A stretch of DNA of 63,495 nt, the filler included, from Collodictyon triciliatum (Eukaryota), in assembly GCA_043381765.1 (NCBI GenBank). It is 12 parts of 12 records of this genome, joined end to end, with 100 filler letters (N's around TTAATTAATTAA, not from the genome) between each part and the next. Parts side by side here need not be neighbours in the genome. Positions count along the whole stretch, not along the records: positions 37,123 to 42,319 come from JBHJMP010005391.1; positions 42,420 to 47,615 come from JBHJMP010005392.1; positions 47,716 to 52,909 come from JBHJMP010005393.1; positions 53,010 to 58,202 come from JBHJMP010005394.1; 8 more parts are not named here. One strand, written 5' to 3'. A program made the translations under genes and the position numbers. Numbering within the stretch: position 1 is the stretch's first letter; every line of letters begins with the position of its first letter. Positions 39,733-54,608 of the stretch are shown in pieces. The notes under the pieces were generated by a model. It was not told the origin of the DNA. It did no database searches and saw only the letters and a list, made by a program, of their open reading frames with translations.

Positions 39733-42187
39733 CAAAGTGACGAAGTTATTTCAGTGTTTCCTTCAAAGCCACTGCCGGCCAATTCCTACCTTATGACGGA
39801 TTTTGTAGTCAAACCAGGGCCCAAGGCGGAAGATAATCCTTCGTAAGATTGGGAGAGCTCGTGTATATTTTATTATATGTCACCTTGTTATTATTATATT
39901 TTTCTTCATCTCATTTCCCATTATCTATTTCGTTTACAAGACGATTATAATGGAGGTAAATTCATAAGGGTATTGTGCAATATTTCTTTACATATTGGAC
40001 TGATTGACACAAAGAATTCGCATGTGTTATAACCCAATCTCAACCGTGTTTTTTCCCTTCTTTTTGCATGTATGGCTTCAGCCTCCTCAACTTTGAAGGA
40101 AAAGTTCTAAAAGTTGTTGACAACCCAGTCACATTTCACTCAAGGGTAAAGTCGTCAGGATACGGAGCTGCTTCAGTCAACTCAACAAAACCAAAGACAA
40201 CTTTAAAGAGATCAGGCTCATCAGGGTTTTGCATCTATAACTAGCACTTAATCATATATAGTAAATAACATAAAAAATTTTAAAAAAGAGTTAAACACAC
40301 ATACTTACACCTGGCTTATATACACAATAATCATCTTTTCTTTTCTTTTTTTCTTTAAATTGTTTTAAAAGGAAAGCCAACGACTGAATGGATAATAGCT
40401 GATTTTCAAATTAAAAAAATCGTATGTATTGGGGAGAAAGATGAGATTTTTGAGATATGTATTGATATTGCATTCTTTCATCTGACATTCTAGGAACTTA
40501 CTGGAAAAATAGTACCCCATAAATCGTGAACCTCCTCATGTCCCTCGACCTGGGGATATGCTATTGTGCCACACTCCGGCGCCGTTCTACGCCTGATTCA
40601 CTCATGTGAATATTTTCCAACATCACTGCCTTCTTTCTTGTTTTTTTCCCTTTCACTTGGATGTTTCTGTGTGATGATGGTTTTTAAAATAAAAGGAAGA
40701 GAAAGCGAATCTTAATACTATCGATTTGTATCAATCAAGGCAATATAAAGAGAATAACCAACTGCGGGTCTGATAAAGTCACTCGTGAAATAAAGCTCCC
40801 TTTAACAAAGTTTAAAGGAGAAGGAACAGATTATTGAGGTATTTTATAAAGTGACATTCAGCTCATCAGTTTTTGCTTGTGTATCCAACAATATATAGTG
40901 GCACTGGATTGTGGACGAAGTAAGTTACCCATTATACCACTTGTCCATAATTTACCTGTTAACTTAATGGATAGGACACAGCGCCCCGGTTCTTTTAGTT
41001 GCGTATAGTCTCAAGAATGCTATTTATTGACTTTTTCTGCATATAGAACGGTCCGGCTCTGGAGCAGTGGAAATCCTACCACATTTGTCATTTTTCGATA
41101 CGTTGCCAAAAACACAGAGGATGATGCAAGGGTATTGGATTTCTCCGTTTTTTCTTTTAAAAACATAATGCTCATGTTCATATACATAAACGGACTCTCT
41201 AAGTACGGCCATAAATATAACTATTTATATTTTTTTAATAATCAATATTTTTTTACACTTTTTAAAAAAATTAAATGAAAGAGAATCCAGAGTTTTCAGG
41301 CCCAATTTGGCAATCAAAGTTCTATTAAATGAATAAATGTGTTCTTAGTTGTGGCAATAAGTTGATTGGGTACAAATACGTGATTGAGGAAACCCCTAAA
41401 GACCACCTCCTTCGGTAATGGCGAAAGAAAGCCTTGCAATCTTAAATGGGACCTTTCAAAGGGTGTTTTTGCTCCAATATCCTTGTATGAATAACAATAC
41501 CTCAAATCGATGAAATAAATGTAATAAAAATATAAAAACAGGTTCCAGAATAACAATAAGTATATATCAGCTGTGAAATTATCATCAAAGGCCCAAAGTA
41601 TCACAGACTTTGCATGCATAAATTCCTTTTCATCGCGTAAGGAAATTTCCATTTAGGTCACTTTCGCTGAAAAAAAGAACTTATTTATTATTCCCTGCAC
41701 TTGTATTGTATGACATGATTAACTATATTAAATTAACATTCATATTTCTTTAACTAATCAATTGTTTTTTTCTACGTCAAGATATTGTCGTTTGCTCATC
41801 ATCAGATGAGAGTCTCACCGTATTCGATATGGTCATAAAATCGGTAGCACGGAAAATACCTGGTGCACATGCTCGCCCCATACATAGGTTTCCATATCAT
41901 TATATCTTTGCAAACTCGTAGAACGTCCTATATCTCGACAATCTTATAATACGCAAGATTTCTAATATTCGGCCATCACGGATTCCTTGTTTCTTTTCTG
42001 CCTTTTTATCTATCATTATTTTTGTAAAAAAAAAAAAAAAGTAATTTAATTGATTATTCCTTTAATCTCCAGTGTTAGAATGTGTGAAAGCTCTCTATAT
42101 GTATCACATCCACCGGAGTCTTATGAACTCTTTTTTAACTGCGGCCACAGATAATCATGTGAAGATATGGGACTTGAGAGCGAATCG
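39733..42187 (+). CDS. WDR27: WD repeat-containing protein 27 homolog, internal exons only
   Basis: VISVFPSKPL..., VTFHSRVKSSGYG, SSDESLTVFDMVIKSVARKIPGAHARPIH, HPPESYELFLTAATDNHVKIWDLRANR match recalled WDR27 motifs (FHSK.RSSGY; AH.RP.H; Y.LFLT.A....LWDLR). Confidence 0.8.
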
Positions 42188-42236
42188 GTAAAGCATCAAA
42201 ACAGCTTAGACTAGACTAAGTGAAGCAGCACATCTA

Positions 42237-42319
<83 letters not shown>

Positions 42320-42419
42320 NNNNNNNNNNNNNNNNNNNNNNNNNNNNNNNNNNNNNNNNNNNNTTAATTAATTAANNNNNNNNNNNNNNNNNNNNNNNNN
42401 NNNNNNNNNNNNNNNNNNN

Positions 42420-42616
42420 AACCCCTGCTACCCACGCAACCAATCAACCAGTTGGGACGCCCACCTGACCAACTCGCTATCACTGACTTCTTTCCAGTGC
42501 TACCCTCTCCACGGTAGTGTCTTCTACTAGTGTTTGCTCTCTACCATGCGCACCTATCTCACCCCTTTATATGGCATAACCTCGCAGCACTTTGAATCGA
42601 ATAAAGGGGAAAAAAC
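42420..42616 (+). mobile_element. Probable 3' end of a non-LTR element
   Basis: C-rich ORF end (...PDQLAITDFFPVLPSPR*), short UTR, AATAAA and an A-rich tail at the contig start. Confidence 0.35.
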
Positions 42617-43011
42617 ACAACCACCAGATGCCAGCACCATAATTACACGCAGTTTTTTTCAGTGATGCCATTTGAAGCGGGGATACCTTCGCACGTAGCG
42701 CACGCCTTCGTATAGCTGAAACCACGCGCTCGTTTGTGGGAAATGATTATAGCCTAATATCTAGATTACATGTTCAGAAACATATGATACGCTCAAAGAC
42801 ATAGTGCCGCTATGCTCCATTCGCAGTGAATCACCAACCAGCTTATCGCGATGGCCTCGGTATGATTCTGCACCCCAAAACACAGGGCACGCAGGTCGAT
42901 AGGCAAACAGAACAAAGCCACGAAGTCGATTGACTTTTATATTCTCTTTCATTTACTTTGAATCGAATAAAGGAAAAAAAAAATTCTCTTTCATTACAAG
43001 TTAGAACAGAA

Positions 43012-44587
43012 ATGGGGTGTGGCAGTTCTGTGGGCACTGTCCGACCAGCACCTGAGTCGGCTGCGGTTTTGTCTCCTTCTGACACAAAGAGCGCCACCCA
43101 GGGACGGGAGTGCTATGATAAAGAGAAAGAGGAAGAGAAAGCAAAGCTGCAAAACCTCGAGCGGAAAAACCAGCAGCTGGCCCAAGAAAATGCGCGGCTA
43201 CTTGAGAAACAGAAAAACATCGAGCAGGAAACAGCGAAACTGGCCCAGAAAATGGAGGAAAGTCAGCAACTGCTGGTGGAGCAAGAGATGAAGCTAAAAA
43301 TGATCCAGGCCACACCCGCACCGAGCGAGTCAACCGTCCCAATCATCGCATCACCTTACTCCGTCGAGAAAACAATATTCGAGACCCAGACTGAAGCCCC
43401 AGTCGAGCACTTGAACGACTTGAAACAGCAAGTTGAACTACTACAAAAGCAGAAGGCGGATTTGGAAGGGGTTTTGTTGGAGCTTCGACTTGATACAGAC
43501 CAAAAGCTTGAACTCAGAGAAGCCGAGTTATCGAAACTGAAATGGGAACTTCAGGAAGCCAAGAAGAAGTTGGAGAACTTTTTCCATCTCGGAAACACCC
43601 CCGCCAAAGCCAATGGTCATGTAAAAGACGATGCCAGTGGGAATTCATGCGATGATGGGAGTTCTCAGAAGAATCAGCCAAGACATCAACACATAGCAGA
43701 TGGTCCAACTCCTCCAGTAAAGTATGTTTTTACTATTACGTGGCCATGTGTGTGCCTTTTTTTCTTTCTTTCTTTCGAACATTTCGGCACAATATTTCCT
43801 CTCCAAATGATCTTGAGATTTGACTTCAACATGTGATTAGAACGATGGCCCAGTACATCCAAAAGCCCGCTCCAGATTTCTCCGCTCCTGCTGTCGTTGA
43901 CGGCGAGTTCAAGACCGTATCGCTCAAGGACCATGCAGGTAACCTTTTCGAATCCTCCCAACCAACCCATAAGATTGAAGATAAAATACCAAAATTACAG
44001 TACAGAAACAACAAATGAAAAAAACGCATGAAAAAAAAAGGTGATCGAAAAAAAGGTAGAATCATAATCTCATGAGACCCGCACCAGACAAGTATCTCGT
44101 TCTCTTCTTCTATCCGCTGGACTGGACCTTTGTCTGCCCGACAGAAATGGTCGCCTTCTCAGAGCGCGTAGAGGAATTCCGTGATATTGGCGCTGAGGTT
44201 GTTGCGGTGTCTGTGGATTCGGAGTACTCACACCTTGCATGGACAAACATGCCGCGCAAGCAGGGCGGACTGGGCCCGATAAAAATACCCATCCTTGCAG
44301 ATGTGACGAAGAAGATTTCCCGTGACTACGGGGTCCTCCTTGAGGATGCGGGTGTTGCGCTTCGCGGGCTTTTTGTCATAGACAGCAAGGGCATTCTCCG
44401 CCAGATGACAGTGAATGACCTTCCTGTTGGGCGCTCCGTGGACGAGACGCTGCGGTTGGTCAAGGCGTTCCAGTTTGTAGATGCGCGTGGTGAAGTGTGT
44501 CCCGCCAACTGGACTCCTGGAGCCGACACCATGAAGGCAGACCCCAAGGGCTCGCAAGAATACTTCTCCAAGCATGGACACGCCTGA
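43012..44587 (+). CDS. PRDX1: Typical 2-Cys peroxiredoxin (AhpC/Prx1) with predicted N-terminal acylated coiled-coil extension; exons 43012-43721, 43841-43938, 44088-44587
   Basis: Prx motifs [25 protein letters not shown] and YF are intact. Prx core Met at 43845 ([12 protein letters not shown]). The upstream MGCGSS coiled-coil exon splices in frame through GTATGT (43722) and TAG (43840). The Prx call is near certain; the fusion is less so. Confidence 0.9.
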
Positions 44588-44764
44588 CAATACCACCGTT
44601 CAGAGTGCCCATATCTTTGCTGCAGTGCAAGCGCCATCGTATAAAGAACCCTCTCTTCGTGCTTTGGATGCCTCTTTTCAATATATATATTTGTGGTCGT
44701 CGCCTCATCAGGGCGAACAAAATCGCACACATATTAAATTAGATTATGTACATACATTCAGTCA

Positions 44765-44844
44765 TACATACATACATACATACATACATACATACATACA
44801 TACATACATACATACATACATACATACATACATACATACATACA

Positions 44845-44874
<30 letters not shown>
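44765..44874. repeat. (TACA)n microsatellite between convergent genes
   Basis: Direct observation. Confidence 0.95.
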
Positions 44875-44875
<1 letters not shown>

Positions 44876-44963
44876 CAAATACACCTCTTTGCCTGAGCGA
44901 TAAAATATCTTCCACTATTGTTGATTATGCATGAACCGTAATTAAAAAAGGAATTTCAAGACT

Positions 44964-47399
44964 TTATGTCAATATGAGTTGGTTTTCGTGTGTCGTGATC
45001 CAATCCACCGTTTCCTGTAAAGTTTGTATGGGCTCGCGTGGCTGAAACCCCAAATCTCTTTTAGCGGCGCTATTATCCAAGTACCAGTAATGCTGAGACA
45101 TTTCCACCAAGACTGGATCAAGGGATGGGTCCCACTTTCCAAAGATGCTTGATTGATTGATCAATCGATTGGTATTCCATTATGAAACAAAAAAATTGGG
45201 CAAAGAGTAAATATTTAAAATGAATTCATGTTATGGACATGGATGTGAGCAAAAAATATGCTTTTAGGATGGCATAAAACATGATTTCAAATACATACCC
45301 CAAAGCCCAGGAACCGATATGAGCAACTCCACGAACAACTGCGTCTGGAGCCCACAATCGAGGGCGTCCAACGTTTGTCGCCTTTTCAAGAAGCTCAAAA
45401 TATTCACTCAGAGTCATATTTGCACTTCCAAGCAAGTATGTTCCATACGGCTAGATTGGGCATTATAAGAACACACATTCAGCGAGAGGCACTGTGATAT
45501 ATTTGTGTCATTTAATGGTGGAAGAAAAATCAACATAAAATACTATATGGGAGGCTGAAAATGAATACCCACATACAAGTTGAGGAGAGAATGGTGAGGA
45601 GATATACTCCAGTCGTGTAAGTAGTAACATGAGTTTTGAAAATATGAGTTTTAATACTTTGCCAAGAGTCACTGCAGAACGGAAAGCAGATGCTGTATCA
45701 CGAACATCCACAAAAGAGAGACCTCCACTGGGCATGATTGGAATTTTACCTTTCATGAAATCGTAAATACCGCGGCACGAACTCAATCGGAAATCGCCAG
45801 GGCCGAGCAGAAGTGATGGTCTCATACATACAAGCTTTTTATGGAGAATTTACTATCTTAGATGAGTTTTCGAAAAAAAAATACTGTTTGGATTAAAAGC
45901 AAAAATTAGCTATAGGGGATAGATAACCTCAACTCCAAGTTCCTTCGCTAGTTGAAGAGCTTCTCTTTCTGCAACTATCTTGCTATGGTAGTAGGGCTAT
46001 GCATGTATTGAGAAGGGTGATATATTTTCGAAAAAAGAAAAATAAAGAACAAATAACGAAAGATAAAGTTTCAATAACTGGAAAAACTAATATCGATACA
46101 TATTCATTCTAAAAAAAATTGTCATCAAACTATTCCTTAGATGAACTTGCACGTATAATCACAATGAGAGAGAGGAGAATATGTGCGAATATAACTGACC
46201 CAATCTTTAGCTATATTTTCAACATAAAGAGACTCCTCATTTGCTATGTAATCGGCTGTTTTGGAGCATCCGACAACGCCTGATGTTGATGCGTATATGA
46301 CTCGAGAGATTTTTTGACTGGAAGCGACCTTAGCATCAAGGAACAGTTAGAAAGGCTTTATTGTTTATATTTATGCACGAATATTTGCACTACCTTGATA
46401 ACGTTTTTTGTCCCCTCAATATGAAGATCATACATTCCATGGGGGCTTCGACGGGAATGCTCGACGATACCTTTTCATTTCAAGGAAGATGATTATCATA
46501 GACGAAAAGAATATTGTTTTTGGTTCTGGGCATAACAGTACATTAACGCTCGATAATCATTCTAATAAATAGCTATATCTGATAAAACAGGCTGTGTACA
46601 CCTATTCCATTATTTACTTTTATCATATCTTATGCTCAAATTAAAAAAAAAACATATGTTGCGTTTGTTAGTTTTTTTTTATTATACATTCATCTAAATA
46701 TGAAAACTTTAGTTATTATTAACAACCGTTCATTCAAGGATACATATGCGATGATGAAACTCAAACGTTATAATGCATATTTCCTCGAAGTGCTCTTAAG
46801 AAACTCATACTTGTTTTCTGTATGTGTAAAAACAAAGAAAAAAAAGGAAATATATTTTTAAAGAGAAAGGGTAGAGCCATTACCCGCGAGGTGGAAAATG
46901 GCTGAGATATCGGCAAATGCTCTCTTGAGTATTTCTGGATCCATTACAGACCCCTTGATGAAAACCACTCGTTCATTCTTTTGAAGGTCCTGTGTTAAGA
47001 TCACCAAAAAAATAAAAAAAAATAATAATAATAATTAAGAGTGAATCCTGTCTACACATCCAAATAATCACAAAGGACATAGCTAGATAACATATGATGA
47101 AAAAGAAAAGAAAGAGAAAAAGAAAAAGAAAAGAGAAATTGAGAAAGAGAAAGACGCAAGATGATCAATAGGACAAGCTGAGAACCTCTGGAAGAGCAGA
47201 TCGAGCGATCACAACAACTTTGCCCGTCGAATTTGTCTGGTCAGCCAAGATTTGCCGGATGAGCTCAACCCCGAGAAAACCTGTGCCTGCATCGAGTGTC
47301 CCAGGTTGGCAAAAAGGGTGTTGAAATGATTACAACTGCAAAAAAGAAATCATGCTTGCTGATCCTATACTTGCCTCCAGTAATCGCGTAGTTTGTCAT
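44964..47399 (-). CDS. Extended SDR NAD-dependent epimerase/dehydratase (DFR-like/HpnA-like)
   Basis: MTNYAITGGTGFLG (TGxxGxxG), AIFHLAG, IYASTSGVVG, PYYHSK (YxxxK), RPSLLLGPGD and SFVDVRD. Confidence 0.9.
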
Positions 47400-47511
47400 C
47401 CTTGCTTTTAACTGCAGTCGATTCATAGAGTTAATAGATTATTTGACTTTCTTAGCGTTGATCCATTTTTTTGTTTCTCTCTTTCTCTGAATAAAAGGGA
47501 AAAGATTTTTG

Positions 47512-47604
<93 letters not shown>

Positions 47605-47715
47605 TCCCTCTCTCTNNNNNNNNNNNNNNNNNNNNNNNNNNNNNNNNNNNNNNNNNNNNTTAATTAATTAANNNNNNNNNNNNNNNNNNNNNNNNNNNNN
47701 NNNNNNNNNNNNNNN

Positions 47716-50617
<2,902 letters not shown>

Positions 50618-51196
50618 ACTGCCGATGCGCGATGAACAAAAGGAAAGTCGTTGTTGCGATACAGAACGTGTAATGGTCTGAGATGCGTTGGGATATTGAT
50701 AAGTTCATAAAAGAAAAAAAAAGAGTAATCTTCAGAGACGGCGCTTCAACGACAGTTCGCATAAGCAAGTTTTCATGTTCACCACAGTGAAGGTATGTGG
50801 GATTGTACGCAAATGCTTTAAGTTTGGTTCAGTTTGAGTCATTGCCAAAAGGGGGAGTAATGGAGTCATGTCAACGAAATGACAAAAACAATTACACCCG
50901 AAGAATTAAGGAAACAAAAAGTTGTTCCTTGATTCTTACTATGTTCCCCTTAACCCTTTTGTTTTATTCTTTTAGTTTCGTTAGCTACATATTATGAAGT
51001 TAGCGATACAACATATTTTCTTTTCCTTTTTTTATTTTCATTTTTATTTTCATTTTTATTTTCATTTTTATTTTCATTTTTATTTTCATTTTTATTCGTT
51101 GTCATCGATGTCCGCAGAAGGAAAGAGAAAGGAAAGAGAGAGGAAAGAGAGAGGAAAAGAATGGCTGTTGGAAGTCAGAAGCATCCACGAGTACCT

Positions 51197-52714
51197 CTAA
51201 ACAAAGGAGTCTTCGTAGTCGTCATCACGATTCAAAGGCTCGAGTTCGTAGTCAGCAGTTCGGCGAGGACGTCTTCGCGAATGTTCCGAAGCACGCGAGC
51301 GACTCGTGTTTGACTCGAGAGATTCCGGTGCGTATTTTCTGAAGAGATAGAAGCATCCACCAAAGACACCGCCAAAGGCTACCACCGCAAGGATATAAGA
51401 CGGGGCCGAAGTCTGCTGTGTGTTCACATACCCTGGTGTGCGCGAACGCGACTGTGTCTTTAGATACGATGATGTTTGCCTGCGGGATTTTGTAACTTTT
51501 TGCCTCGATATGCTGCGGCTTTGCTTTCTGGACTGAGTCTTTGTTTTCTTGGGGGATTGGCTATGCGACATGCTTTGAGAGAAAGTGCTGATAGTGGTTT
51601 TCGACATACTTTTGCTCGGTCTCTTCGATTTGCTGCGGCTTTGAGACCTGGGCAGGGTCGTTGTTTTCTTGGGGGATTGACTATGCGACACGCTTTGGGA
51701 GAGAGTGCTGATAGTGGTTTTCGACATACTTTTGCTCGGTCCCTTCGATTTGCTGCGGCTTTGAGACCTGGACAGGGTCGTTGTTTTCTTGGGGGATTGG
51801 CTATGCGACATGCTTTGAGAGAGAGTGCTGATAGTGGTTTTCGACATACTTTTGCTCGGTCCCTTCGATATGCTGCGGCTTTGAGACCTGGGCAGGGTCG
51901 TTGTTTTCTTGGAGGATTGACTATGCGACACGCTTTGGGAGAGAGTGCTGGTTTTGGTCCGTATAGCTGCTGTTTTAGTTTCTGTAATTCTTTGAGTACC
52001 AGTCGGAGATGCTATAGAAGGCGAAGCGTAAAGAGTGCTGGAATTCGATTGAGATTGGTACAAGCGTATTTGTGATGTACTCTTTGTGAAGCTTCCAGTT
52101 TTTTTTGGGGTGTTGACTTTCGACTTTCTGCTGGATTTTGTCTCTGATTCTATGTCATCTGCATGATTTTCAGTATCGTTTCGGGGATGTTTCTGAGCGA
52201 TATTGGCATGAGCTATCAACAAATGATCTTTAGTAAAGGTATTGTTGACACTAATAAGTAAAGAGGGAGAAATACATGATCGAAGAAAGAAATTATGTGT
52301 AGTCCAGAAAGGAATTTTTTTTCGAAATAATAATACTAATTATTATAAGTATGATGATTATAATTGCAGTTTTCGCAGTTGGTAGTCTTTTCAAGGTTCT
52401 TACCTCTTTGGGCTCGATTGTGTTTTCTGGTGATGATACCTTCGAATTCTTCTGCGCCCTGAGATGTGTCCAAAAAAAGTCTTAGATTTTGCGAGGCTTT
52501 ACAAAACACACGAGCCAGCCAACTTTAGAGAATTACTTGCGCGCATGTATATGTGTACAAAAGAATGCTTCAGGAGGCAAATAGTGAGAATTGGTGAGTA
52601 GGTGAAACTTACAATCACCGGGCTGGGGCAAAGACACGCCACGAGAAAGAAAAGTGTGGCGACCATGACAATAACTCTGCATGGTGCTTGCAACCGCCGC
52701 ATTCTTGTATTCAT
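51197..52714 (-). CDS. Type I membrane protein with basic Ser/Thr/Lys-rich tandem-repeat ectodomain
   Basis: Signal-peptide-like exon (VIVMVATLFFLVACLCPSP), 40-aa repeats, a transmembrane segment YILAVVAFGGVFGGCFYLF followed by RK, and a short cytosolic tail ending ...DYELEPLNRDDDYEDSFV. Confidence 0.75.
51541..51950 (-). repeat. Coding tandem repeat, ~3.5 x 120 bp with ABAB higher-order pattern
   Basis: Sequence starting at 51541, 51661, 51781 and 51901 is nearly identical, and diagnostic SNPs alternate between units. Confidence 0.92.
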
Positions 52715-53009
52715 GCGTTACCCAAAGAACGATTTCGAAAGTGTCGTATGTTCTTTGTTTTTTTTGTTCTTTGTTTTTTTGTTCTTTGTTTTTTTTGTTT
52801 ATTTGTTTTTTTTTGTTTATTTGTTTTTTTTTGTTTATTTGTTTTTTTTGTTTATTTGTTTTTTTTTGTTTTTTTTTGTTTTTTTTGTTTTTTTTGTTTT
52901 TTTTTTTTTNNNNNNNNNNNNNNNNNNNNNNNNNNNNNNNNNNNNNNNNNNNNTTAATTAATTAANNNNNNNNNNNNNNNNNNNNNNNNNNNNNNNNNNN
53001 NNNNNNNNN

Positions 53010-53063
<54 letters not shown>

Positions 53064-53257
53064 CTTCTGCACCGAAAGAATACTCCGCATGATATATTAT
53101 TGTTGGTTCAGTTTTCCCTCTCTATTTTCTTTGCACTGTTCTATGAAACATCTTGTATTTTCATTCAGCTGTGAAGCAGTAAGAATTGCACAATATGCAT
53201 TGAATTAACAACTTCAATCAACATCGACTAGTTCATGTCTCATTTCATTCAACTTAG

Positions 53258-54134
53258 GAAATTGATGCTGTGCTGTCTCAACAGCTTGGGGGAATCTCAG
53301 ATGATGATATTCTTGGTGAATTAGAAGCTTTAGAGCAAGAGATGACTGCCGTAAGTTTCTTTCTCTCTTTCTATTTTCCCTCTGCAGTTCTTTTGCTCGA
53401 GGACATAGCAGAGCTCTCTATAAATTATTCTATTGTTCATATTTTTTGATTACAACTATAACACTGCGATTTATTTGAAAGATTTTCTCCTTATCGATAT
53501 AAAATATTCTATTATATGTCGGTATCAAATCATCACAAAAACTTAAAGAATGTTTATTTTCCTTTATGGATAGTCAGCTAAAGTTGATAAAACGAATAGA
53601 AGATACAAAGAAAAACCTTTCCTTGAGAATGAAGAATTAAATAGATCGATTATCTTCGTATTACTCATTGTTGCATTTTCTTCCTCTTCATTAAATAATA
53701 TACTATTAGCTGTTACTTCAGCATACACACATCCTAAAATAAAAATAAAAAAAATATGAAAAATAATAAAAGAAAAATTGAAACTTTTCCTAGGAAGCGG
53801 AGTTATCTATGCCTTCTGCCCCAACACACACAATTCCTACTGCCCAGAAGCAACAACCTGTCTCTGTTGATGATATTGAGGTCGAAGAAGAAGTCCCGGC
53901 TTCCTCCTCGTCTATGAAAGGTAGGAGATCCACTTACGAGTTTTTCCTTTATTATAATTATTCTTATTATCATTATCATTATCATTATTATTTTCATTTT
54001 CTCCTTTCGTCCTTGTTTGCCTTCCCCATGCAGCCGGTCGATTCCAAGTATGCCATTCTGCTCATGATTTCATTTATATTATTTTCGAACAAACACATGC
54101 AACAGCATCAAGCAAGAAAGCTGTTGCTGCCTAG
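53258..54134 (+). CDS. VPS20: ESCRT-III (Snf7 family, VPS20/CHMP6-like) C-terminal exons
   Basis: EIDAVLSQQLGGISDDDILGELEALEQEMTA|EAELSMPSAPTH...SSKKAVAA*: acidic helix plus P..P (MIM2-like) segment. The subfamily is less certain than the family. Confidence 0.65.
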
Positions 54135-54253
54135 ATGAAGAAATAAGAGTACACTTGGCCAGCCCGACAAAGAAGGCAGAGGCGTTGACAAAATCGCGCG
54201 GACTCACAACAAAACAACAGCCTAACAAAAAACAAAAAAACAAAAACAAAACA

Positions 54254-54284
<31 letters not shown>

Positions 54285-54608
54285 ACAAAACAAAAACAAA
54301 ACTAAAACAAAACAAAAACAAAACAAAAACAAAACAAAAACAAAACAAAAACAAAACAAAAACAAAACAAAAACAAAACAAAAACAAAACAAAGAAGAGA
54401 CCAAGGAGCAGACCCAGAGAGCCGCAATAAAAACCACAAAAGATGACTATGGCCCGATACCAGTGTCTATGCAGTAGCGCAAATAAAGCCCAAGGCAAGG
54501 CAAAGTAAAGCAAAGTAAAGCAAGGTAAAGCAAAGCACCCAAACATTCAGACCGAGCGCCGAAGACTTTCTAAGCAGCTGTCGACTACACCCGAAAGGCA
54601 CCGAACCC

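Noticed and set aside
51476-52075. 199-aa plus-strand repeat ORF
   Set aside because: Antisense shadow of the tandem repeat in the minus-strand membrane protein.
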